From the NCBI GenBank assembly GCA_002269645.1, contig NIVC01002545.1:29104-93103 (forward strand): 64,000 nucleotides of DNA, read 5' to 3'. The stretch comes from Macrostomum lignano. Its lineage: Eukaryota. Positions within the stretch are counted from its first letter, which is position 1. Every line of letters begins with the position of its first letter. The translations under genes were made by a program, and so were the position numbers. Of this stretch, positions 36,547 through 45,962 are shown one piece after another. The notes under the pieces were generated by a model, which made no database searches, was not told where the DNA came from, and saw only the letters and a program-made list of their open reading frames with translations.

Positions 36547-39500
36547 TCACAGCTGAAGTCTCTGAGGTGGGCCTCGAACCCTCAGTGGGTACCGCCGTGT
36601 AGTGCCCGGCTCGTGTCGCACGCCGCTCGCATGCTCGTCGTCAGTGCCGGATGACGCCCCACAGGCCGTGTCGGCGACGGCTGCGGCGTCAGCGCTTTGC
36701 ACGCCGCTGTCACTCGGGGCGGCGCCGTCATCCGTAGCAGGCGGCGGATGGACGGTGTCGGCGGAGTCAGCGCGGGCTGCCACCAGCTGATCAGCGTGCC
36801 GGAAGTGCTGGCCTCGCTCCGAGTCAACCGTGTAGTTGCGGCTGCCGGCGCCCGTGACGACACCCTCAGCCCAGCGTGGCGTGTCGCCGGCTCTCGCGCC
36901 GGCGCTGTAGTCGCGGAGGAGGACGTGATCACCCGGCTGAAACTCGCGCGCTGGTCTGCGTCCCTGCAGCTGCCGCTCTTGCCGCCGTTGGACGTCGTCA
37001 GCCAGCGACGGTGCCAGGAGGTCCAGACGGCAGCGAAGCCGACGGCCGATGAGCAGCTGACTCGGGGCTGCGCCGCTGATGCTGTGTGGGGTGTTGCGGT
37101 AGCTGAGCAGCAGTCGCTGAAGCTCGACGTCAGAGTGGCCGCTCTTGAGCAGATGTCGCTTCAGGACTTGCACAAACCTCTCGGCCTGGCCGTTGGTGGC
37201 GGGATGAAACGGCGCCGAGAACACGTGACGAATGCCGTTGGCCCGGGTAAACTCGGCGAACTCGGCGGAGGCGAACTGCGGCCCGTTGTCGGACACCAGG
37301 GTGCGCGGAATGCCTTGGCGCGCGAACATCTCCCGCAGAGCCGCGATGGTGGCCGCCGACGTTGTACCGCGCATCCGCTGGACCTCCGGCCACTTGCTAT
37401 GAGCATCGACTACCACCAGGTACGTATGACCGTCGACCGGACCGGCAAAGTCGATGTGCAGGCGCTCCCACGGTTCGGATGGCAGAGGCCACGGTTGCAC
37501 CGGCGCCTTGGGCGGGTCGGGCTGGTTGAGCTGACAGGTGCGGCAGGACTTGGCCGCAGCTTCCAGATCGCCGTCGAGGCCGGGCCACCACACGTAGCTG
37601 CGAGCCAGGGCGCGCATTCTGCTGATGCCGGGATGCGCCTGATGTAGCTCTTGGATCACGCGTCGACGCAGCGCTGTAGGCACAACGACCCTTGCGCCCC
37701 ACAGGACACAGTCTTGGTCGACTGACAGCTCCGACTGCCGCCGGGCGAAGTCGCTCAGGTCGTCGCCGATGGGCGCGCCGGTCTGCAAGCAGCGAAGCAC
37801 CCGACCGAGTGAGACGTCTGTCCTAGTGTGCCGCGCCACCGCCAGCGCCGTGATGGCCGATCCGGAGCCCTCGTCGAGCAGCAGCGAGTTGACGGCCGGC
37901 TCCTCCTCGAACAGGTGCGGCAGCGGCAGCCGCGAGAGCGAGTCGCAGTTGGCATGCTTTTCGGTCGGCCGGAACTCCAGCGTGTAGTCGTAGCTCGACA
38001 GCCGAATGGCCCAGCGCTGCATCCGGGCGGCCGCGTGTGCCGGAATGCCCTTGCGCTCGCCCAGCAGACCCAGCAGCGGCAGATGGTCGGTGACGATGGT
38101 GAACCGCCGGCCATAGAGGAACTGGTGAAACCGGTGCAGACCAAACATGATGGCCAGCGCCTCCTTGTCCAGCTGGGAGTAGCCGCGCTGCGCTGCTGTT
38201 AGGCTGCGGCTAGCGAAGGCGACCGCGCAGTCCTTGTCGTCGATGCGGTGCGTCAAGACGACCCCCAGGCCGTAGGGAGAGGCGTCGCACTCTAATCGCA
38301 GCGGCAGATTCGGATTGTAGTGCACGAGAACCGGTGACTCGAGCAGCAGCCGCTTGGCCTCTGCAAATGCCTGTTGCTGCGGTGGCCCCCATGACCAGCG
38401 GGTGTTCTTGGCCAAGAGCTGGTGGAGCGGCGCCAGGACGGTAGACAAGTTGGGCAGGAACTTGCAGTACTGCGCTAGCATGCCCAGAAACGAGCGCAGC
38501 TGGCTGACGTCCTTGGGTGCTGGCGCGTCCTGGACGGCGGCGACCCGGTCCGGCAGCGGCTTGAGTCCGCTGGCGTCGATCCGATGGCCGAGGTACTCAA
38601 CAGAGTCTTCGAAGAATTTGCATTTCTCTTTGTTGAGCCGCAGGCCGGCGTCCTTCAAGCGCCGCAGGACCAGCGCCAGGTTCCTCTTGTGCTGTTGCAG
38701 GGTGCTGCCGGTGACCAGAATGTCGTCGACGAAGACTTGGACGGCATCCAGGTCTCCCAGCAGGGTGTCCAGGGTGCGTTGAAAGATCGCGCTGGCGCTC
38801 GTTATGCCGAATGGGAGGCGATTGACCTGGAAGAGGCCTCTGGGCGTGTTGATAGTGAGAAACGCCTTGCTGTCGTCGGCCAGAGGAAGCTGCAAGAAGG
38901 CGTTGGACAGATCGAGCTTGGTCCACTTGCAGCCGCCGCCGAGCTTGGCGAAGAGGTCCTCGATGCGGGGCAGCGGGTAGTGCTCCGGCTTGCTCGCCGC
39001 GTTGTATGTCAGCTTGTAGTCTCCGCAAATCCGAACGCTGCCGTCCTTCTTGACGACCGGCACGATCGGCGCAGCCCAGTCGCTGTGCTTCACGGCGGTT
39101 ATGATGCCACTGGACTCCATGCGCTGCAGTTCGGCGTCGACGCGCTCGCGCAGCGCGTAGGGGACCGGCCGCGCCTTGAAGAACCTGGGCTGAGCGTCCT
39201 CGGAGACTTGAAGCCGCACCTGGCCGTGCCGGAACTCGCCTAGGCCGTCCTCGAAGACTGGTGCGAACTCCTTGACGATGCTGCCGATGTCTTCGGAGTC
39301 GTGGACGGCGTGAACCTGCGCCATGATGCTCGGCCAGTCTAGCCGCAGCTTGGCCAGCCAGTCGCGACCGAGCAGGGCCGTGTCGCCGTGCTTGACGATC
39401 AGCAGGGGCAACTGCAGCTGCTGACCATCTTGCTGAACGGAGACCAACGCTTGGCCGAGAGGGCGGAACTGCTCGTCGGTGAAGGTGCGTAGGACAGCAA

Positions 39501-40545
39501 CGGACGGTGACATGGAGAGCCGCGGTAGAAGCATGAGCTGCAGAAACTCGGGCATCAGAGTGACGGCGGAGCCCGTATCGATGACAAACCGGCATGGCTG
39601 GCCATTGACTTGCAGCTGCACCGTCGGACCCGCGTTGCCACCAGCCGGCTGCACGGCAAAAATCGGCAGCTGCGCGGAGGCTTTCGGTGGTGGTGTCGGT
39701 GTCGCTTCTTGTAGAAAATGCAGCTTGGCTGAGCGACAGACCTTGCGAATATGGCCCGTCTTTCCGCACGCGTGGCATTTAGCGTCTCGCAGCTTACACT
39801 GCTGGCGACTGTGAGCACCGCCGCAGCTTGCACAGGTGCCACTGCCGGTGTTGCCGCTGCTGCCGACTCCGCTTCTGCTGTTGTTGCCACCGCCCTTGCG
39901 CTGCTGCGAACCTTCGAGCGCTGGCTTGGGTCCTTGGCGCTTATTCAGCTGGTGAGCGCGCAGCTGGGCTACTTGTGCTGCTGACTTCTGCGCCATCTCC
40001 GATGATGACCGCTCCACTGCCTCGAGGGATAGAACTCTCTCCTGCAGCGAGTTGAAGGTGGGATTTTTCTCCTCCAGCAGCTTCGCTCGGTAGGCATCGC
40101 TGTGCAGGCCGAAAACCAGCTGGTCTCGCAGTCGCTCATCTAGAGTGCCGCCGAAGTGACAGTGCTCACACGGGGAAGCACTGAAATTGCAGTGACTTGA
40201 CAAGGCCTTCAGGCTGGCAACGAACTCGGCAAGGCTCTCGCCAGGCTGCTGCAGGCGTCTTTGGAACCGAAATCTGGCTGCCAACTCGGACGGCTTTGGA
40301 GCGTAGTGGTCCTCCAGAATCTTGGTCAACTGGGCCAGAGACTTGTCGGAGACCTTGGCAGGTAGACACAAGTTTCTCAACACGGTATATGCCTCCTCAC
40401 CGATGGCAGTGACGAGTGTGGCCACTTTAGCTTCTTCCTTTACCTCCTTGCAGGTAAAGTAATGGTCGAGCCGTTCCAGCCAGACCTCAATGTTAGTATT
40501 GGCAGTTAGTATTGGAATTCCACCCAGCGCGGAGCTCGTCGCCAT
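36547..40545 (-). CDS. Gag-Pol polyprotein, 1332 aa, single ORF
   Basis: Gag with two zinc knuckles (CASCGGAH, CHACGKTGH), protease IDTGS, RT FVDD, RNase H CDAS...EALA, integrase with HHCC and HIDFAG/SDNGPQF/NGQAER; order PR-RT-RH-IN. Confidence 0.98.
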   Translation of the reverse strand: MATSSALGGIPILTANTNIEVWLERLDHYFTCKEVKEEAKVATLVTAIGEEAYTVLRNLCLPAKVSDKSLAQLTKILEDHYAPKPSELAARFRFQRRLQQPGESLAEFVASLKALSSHCNFSASPCEHCHFGGTLDERLRDQLVFGLHSDAYRAKLLEEKNPTFNSLQERVLSLEAVERSSSEMAQKSAAQVAQLRAHQLNKRQGPKPALEGSQQRKGGGNNSRSGVGSSGNTGSGTCASCGGAHSRQQCKLRDAKCHACGKTGHIRKVCRSAKLHFLQEATPTPPPKASAQLPIFAVQPAGGNAGPTVQLQVNGQPCRFVIDTGSAVTLMPEFLQLMLLPRLSMSPSVAVLRTFTDEQFRPLGQALVSVQQDGQQLQLPLLIVKHGDTALLGRDWLAKLRLDWPSIMAQVHAVHDSEDIGSIVKEFAPVFEDGLGEFRHGQVRLQVSEDAQPRFFKARPVPYALRERVDAELQRMESSGIITAVKHSDWAAPIVPVVKKDGSVRICGDYKLTYNAASKPEHYPLPRIEDLFAKLGGGCKWTKLDLSNAFLQLPLADDSKAFLTINTPRGLFQVNRLPFGITSASAIFQRTLDTLLGDLDAVQVFVDDILVTGSTLQQHKRNLALVLRRLKDAGLRLNKEKCKFFEDSVEYLGHRIDASGLKPLPDRVAAVQDAPAPKDVSQLRSFLGMLAQYCKFLPNLSTVLAPLHQLLAKNTRWSWGPPQQQAFAEAKRLLLESPVLVHYNPNLPLRLECDASPYGLGVVLTHRIDDKDCAVAFASRSLTAAQRGYSQLDKEALAIMFGLHRFHQFLYGRRFTIVTDHLPLLGLLGERKGIPAHAAARMQRWAIRLSSYDYTLEFRPTEKHANCDSLSRLPLPHLFEEEPAVNSLLLDEGSGSAITALAVARHTRTDVSLGRVLRCLQTGAPIGDDLSDFARRQSELSVDQDCVLWGARVVVPTALRRRVIQELHQAHPGISRMRALARSYVWWPGLDGDLEAAAKSCRTCQLNQPDPPKAPVQPWPLPSEPWERLHIDFAGPVDGHTYLVVVDAHSKWPEVQRMRGTTSAATIAALREMFARQGIPRTLVSDNGPQFASAEFAEFTRANGIRHVFSAPFHPATNGQAERFVQVLKRHLLKSGHSDVELQRLLLSYRNTPHSISGAAPSQLLIGRRLRCRLDLLAPSLADDVQRRQERQLQGRRPAREFQPGDHVLLRDYSAGARAGDTPRWAEGVVTGAGSRNYTVDSERGQHFRHADQLVAARADSADTVHPPPATDDGAAPSDSGVQSADAAAVADTACGASSGTDDEHASGVRHEPGTTRRYPLRVRGPPQRLQL

Positions 40546-40859
40546 TGTAATATATTGAAGCTAAAGGCTTGTAGTGAATGCGTAGGAAAGTTGAACGTGG
40601 AGAGCCAGTACACACAACTGGGCTCTTATATGACTTGTTTATTCTTATTCATCAACCCTAGGACTAAAGAGGGTGGTTGGCCTGACTGCTCAGACCCCAC
40701 CATGCTAGCCACGCGTAAAACGCAAACAACCCGACGCAGTGCACATGCACTGAAACACACTAGCCAATCAGCGCGCACGCAAATACTAACTAACTAAGAA
40801 TGCACAAAGCATAATATTGCAATAATAAAAATACACTAGCATATCGCCACAATGTCACA
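40546..40859 (-). repeat. 5' LTR
   Basis: Followed on the minus strand by A plus the PBS TGGCGACGAG. Confidence 0.97.
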
Positions 40860-42689
40860 GATACCCCTGTCCTAAAGTAGATACCCCTGTCCTAAAGTAG
40901 ATACCCCTGTCCTAAAGTAGATACCCCTGTCCTAAAGTAGATACCCCTGTCCTAAAGTAGATACCCCTGTCCTAAAGTAGATACCCCTGTCCTAAAGTAG
41001 ATACCCCTGTCCTAAAGTAGATACCCCTGTCCTAAAGTAGATACCCCTGTCCTAAAGTAGATACCCCTGTCCTAAAGTAGATACCCCTGTCCTAAAGTAG
41101 ATACCCCTGTCCTAAAGTAGATACCCCTGTCCTAAAGTAGATACCCCTGTCCTAAAGTAGATACCCCTGTCCTAAAGTAGATACCCCTGTCCTAAAGTAG
41201 ATACCCCTGTCCTAAAGTAGATACCCCTGTCCTAAAGTAGATACCCCTGTCCTAAAGTAGATACCCCTGTCCTAAAGTAGATACCCCTGTCCTAAAGTAG
41301 ATACCCCTGTCCTAAAGTAGATACCCCTGTCCTAAAGTAGATACCCCTGTCCTAAAGTAGATACCCCTGTCCTAAAGTAGATACCCCTGTCCTAAAGTAG
41401 ATACCCCTGTCCTAAAGTAGATACCCCTGTCCTAAAGTAGATACCCCTGTCCTAAAGTAGATACCCCTGTCCTAAAGTAGATACCCCTGTCCTAAAGTAG
41501 ATACCCCTGTCCTAAAGTAGATACCCCTGTCCTAAAGTAGATACCCCTGTCTTAAAGTCCTGAAGTACATGTAGATCTCACTGTCCTAAAGTAGATCTCA
41601 CTGTCCTGAAGTAGATCTCACTGTCCTGAAGTAGATCTCACTGTCCTGAAGTAGATCTCCCTGTCCTAAAGTAGATCTCACTGTCCTGAAGTAGATCTCA
41701 CTGTCCTGAAGTAGATATCACTGTCCTGAAGTAGATCTCACTGTCCTGAAGTAGATCTCACTGTCCTGAGGTAGATCTCACTGTCCTGAAGTAGATCTCA
41801 CTGTCCTGAAGTAGATCTCACTGTCCTGAAGTAGATCTCACTGTCCTGAGGTAGATCTCACTGTCCTGAAGTAGATCTCACTGTCCTGAAGTAGATCTCA
41901 CTGTCCTGAAGTAGATCTCACTGTCCTGAAGTAGATCTCACTATCCTGAGGTAGATCTCACTGTCCTGAAGTAGATCTCACTGTCCTGAAGTAGATCTCA
42001 CTGTCCTGAAGTAGATCTCACTGTCCTGAAGTAGATCTCACTGTCCTGAGGTAGATCTCACTGTCCTGAGGTAGATCTCACTGTCCTGAAGTAGATCTCA
42101 CTGTCCTGAAGTAAATCTCACTGTCCTGAAGTAGATCTCACTGTCCTGAAGTAGATCTCACTGTCCTGAAGCGGCCTGCAATTTGGCCAGCAGCTTCTAC
42201 ATCAAAGTATCTGTCCGTGCAACAACCTCCGTCACATGGCTCAACACACTGCTCAGCGAAATTCGAGAAAATAAACTCGGCAGGTGAACCTCTGCAGGGC
42301 CTCTACACCCTGCTCCTTCCCTGCCTACTCGAATAGCCTTTGTCTCCCCCCCCCCAACTCGAGTTCAGTGTGAAGGCCTTCGGTTTTATTCACCTTCCGT
42401 CTCATCCCCTCTCCCGGGCCGTTAAAATTAGAAAGTCCCTCTCTCGGCGGCCCTCTCAGTTTCGGTTGCGCCTCGAGATCTCGAGAATGCTTCGCTTTGC
42501 TGCAGCCTCATCCCCCCGCTGCTCTGCCTGTCCTGCTCCATCCTAATTCTTAACGAGCAGCCTCCCTCCCGGAGCACCGCCGATTGCAGTGCCGCCTCGC
42601 TTCATTAAGAAGACAACTGAAAAACCTGCCTCCCGTCTCCTCCGCCGTGCCTCCTTCCGCTCTTCCCCGAGGAGATCTATTCGAGCACT

Positions 42690-42705
42690 GGTTGCCATGG
42701 CAACC
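42690..42705. promoter_or_regulatory. Perfect RFX X-box (GTTGCCATGGCAAC within a 16-bp palindrome)
   Basis: Exact match to the canonical X-box in a GC-rich promoter-like segment upstream of the CNG gene. Confidence 0.7.
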
Positions 42706-43199
42706 GGGCTAGAGAAGTCGGAAAAATAGAAGGGAGGAAAGACAGACGGGGAGTGTGTGCCTGTCTGCCTGTCTCCCCGGGCAAGGGCAGAAGGCTGCCT
42801 CAGCTTCGCGTGAGATGCAGCAGAGCACCGAGTTTGCGGGGGCAAGGGAGAGCGACTCAGGTGTTGTTTCGGCTTTGAAGATTGAAAATTGTTGCAGCAA
42901 TTGCAGTCGCGAGAGCAGGTCAGGGGCTGAGGGACTCGTTTTCGTATTAGATTTTTGTCTCTGAAAGACATGCAGTTTGGAAACTGCGTGTTTTCTTTCA
43001 ACCGAATTGCTGCTTTGATGTAGAAGCAAAGTTGCGGAAGTAATTTTGGCAACAGTTGCCGGAGTTCCCACCCTGCTGCCAGGGCCTACCGTTGGATTCA
43101 GAATTCCTACAGCTGTTGGTTTCTGCTTGACCGGAACAATCTGCTTTTCATGCTCTGGAAGAGCAACTGATCCTGCTATCAATTACTAAAAAAATAAGC

Positions 43200-45270
43200 A
43201 GAAGTATCCACACTCTGAAGTATCCACACCCTGAAGTATCCACACTCTGAAGTATCCACACCCTGAAGTATCCACACCCTGAAGTATCCACACCCTGAAG
43301 TATCCACACCCTGAAGTATCCACACTCTGAAGTATCCACACCCTGAAGTATCCACACCCTGAAGTATCCACACTCTGAAGTATCCACACTCTGAAGTATC
43401 CACACTCTGAAGTATCCACACCCTGAAGTATCCACACTCTGAAGTATCCACACTCTGAAGTATCCACACTCTGAAGTATCCACACCCTAAAGTATCCACA
43501 CTCTGAAGTATCCACACTCTGAAGTATCCACACCCTGAAGTATCCACACCCTGAAGTATCCACACTCTGAAGTATCCACACCCTGAAGTATCCACACCCT
43601 GAAGTATCCACACTCTGAAGTATCCACACCCTGAAGTATCCACACTCTGAAGTATCCACACTCTGAAGTATCCACACTCTGAAGTATCCACACCCTAAAG
43701 TATCCACACTCTGAAGTATCCACACTCTGAAGTATCCACACCCTGAAGTATCCACACCCTGAAGTATCCACACTCTGAAGTATCCACACCCTGAAGTATC
43801 CACACCCTGAAGTATCCACACCCTGAAGTATCCACACTCTGAAGTATCCACACCCTGAAGTATCCACACTCTGAAGTATCCACACCCTGAAGTATCCACA
43901 CTCTGAAGTATCCACACCCTGAAGTATCCACACCCTGAAGTATCCACACCCTGAAGTATCCACACTCTGAAGTATCCACACCCTGAAGTATCCACACCCT
44001 GAAGTATCCACACTCTGAAGTATCCACACTCTGAAGTATCCACACTCTGAAGTATCCACACCCTGAAGTATCCACACTCTGAAGTATCCACACCCTAAAG
44101 TATCCACACTCTGAAGTATCCACACCCTGAAGTATCCACACCCTGAAGTATCCACACCCTGAAGTATCCACACTCTGAAGTATCCACACCCTGAAGTATC
44201 CACACCCTGAAGTATCCACACTCTGAAGTATCCACACCCTGAAGTATCCACACTCTGAAGTATCCACACCCTGAAGTATCCACACCCTGAAGTATCCACA
44301 CCCTGAAGTATCCACACTCTGAAGTATCCACACCCTGAAGTATCCACACTCTGAAGTATCCACACCCTGAAGTATCCACACCCTGAAGTATCCACACTCT
44401 GAAGTATCCACACTCTGAAGTATCCACACCCTGAAGTATCCACACCCTGAAGTATCCACACTCTGAAGTATCCACACCCTGAAGTATCCACACTCTGAAG
44501 TATCCACACCCTGAAGTATCCACACTCTGAAGTATCCACACCCTGAAGTATCCACACCCTGAAGTATCCACACCCTGAAGTATCCACACTCTGAAGTATC
44601 CACACCCTGAAGTATCCACACCCTGAAGTATCCACACTCTGAAGTATCCACACCCTGAAGTATCCACACTCTGAAGTATCCACACCCTGAAGTATCCACA
44701 CTCTGAAGTATCCACACCCTGAAGTATCCACACCCTGAAGTATCCACACCCTGAAGTATCCACACTCTGAAGTATCCACACCCTGAAGTATCCACACTCT
44801 GAAGTATCCACACCCTGAAGTATCCACACCCTGAAGTATCCACACTCTGAAGTATCCACACCCTGAAGTATCCACACCCTGAAGTATCCACACCCTGAAG
44901 TATCCACACTCTGAAGTATCCACACCCTGAAGTATCCACACCCTGAAGTATCCACACCCTGAAGTATCCACACTCTGAAGTATCCACACCCTGAAGTATC
45001 CACACCCTGAAGTATCCACACTCTGAAGTATCCACACCCTGAAGTATCCACACTCTGAAGTATCCACACCCTGAAGTATCCACACCCTGAAGTATCCACA
45101 CCCTGAAGTATCCACACTCTGAAGTATCCACACCCTGAAGTATCCACACTCTGAAGTATCCACACCCTGAAGTATCCACACCCTGAAGTATCCACAACCT
45201 GAAGTATCCACAACCTAAAGTACCCACACCCTGAAGTATCCACAACCTAAAGTACCCACACCCTGAAGTA
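43200..45270. repeat. 16-bp minisatellite (CTGAAGTATCCACAC[C/T]), about 128 units
   Basis: Near-perfect array with one alternating C/T site. Confidence 0.97.
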
Positions 45271-45399
45271 TTCTCATCCTGAGGTGTCCCTGAACCCTTA
45301 GCAACCCTGCAGAACGACCTTAGCAACCAAATTAGCTTTCGTAGCACCATAATGGTGTCCTGGCAACAGGAAAATCCAAAGCCCTAGAAACAAATAAAC

Positions 45400-45705
45400 T
45401 CGGCGTCCCTAGCAACAGATAAAATCGGCCCCTAGCAACAGATAAAATCAGCCACCTAGCAACAGATAAAATCGCTCCATAGCAACAGATAAAATAGATG
45501 CCCCTAGCAACAGATAAAATCAGCTCCCCTAGCAACAGATAAAATCGGCTCCCCTAGCAACAGATAAAATCGGCTCCCCTAGCAACAGATAAAATCGCCC
45601 CCCTAGCATCAGATAAAATCAGCCCCCTAGCAACAGATAAAATCGCTCCATAGCAACAGATGAAATCGCCCCCTAGCAACAGATAAAATCGGGTCCTAGC
45701 AACGG
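45400..45705. repeat. ~24-bp minisatellite built on CCTAGCAACAGATAAAATC
   Basis: About 12 units, each carrying an RFX half-site-like TAGCAAC. Confidence 0.9.
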
Positions 45706-45962
45706 AAAAATGGGCGCCCAACTAGAGCCGCTCAACTATTTAATTGCTACCATAGAAACACGACTGCATCGGAGAGAGCACGAATCCAAATCACCTGACT
45801 AATTACCTCAGCAAAAGCTGCCCGTGCAAGAAGGATCTCAACAATCAACCGAGACGAACAAAAAAACCTCAACCCTGCACCCCACTCCGCCACTGTCTCT
45901 CCAGTTGTATATTTAAGCAGCCAGCTGAATCTGCTTGTCTTTGCTCGCCTCATCAATTCCAG

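Larger units (their letters stand above)
36207..40859 (-). mobile_element. Intact Ty3/Gypsy (Mag-like) LTR retrotransposon, 4653 bp
   Basis: 314-bp LTRs at 36207-36520 and 40546-40859 (TG...CA, identical by eye), 5-bp TSD GATAC (36202-06 and 40860-64), PBS 40535-40544, PPT 36521-36530. Confidence 0.98.
35625..42170. repeat. 20-bp satellite (GTAGAT....CTGTCCTRAA) in three homogenised sub-arrays, interrupted by the LTR element
   Basis: TTAC variant at ~35625-35960, ACCC variant at 36018-36206 and 40860-41555, CTCA variant at ~41570-42170. Confidence 0.95.

Noticed and set aside
36582-40412. Many overlapping ORFs within the retrotransposon
   Set aside because: Shadow frames of a GC-rich gag-pol; no env-like or other domain seen.
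43148-45350. ORFs up to 574 aa with a CGYFRVWILQ repeat
   Set aside because: Artefact of a 16-bp satellite cycling through frames.
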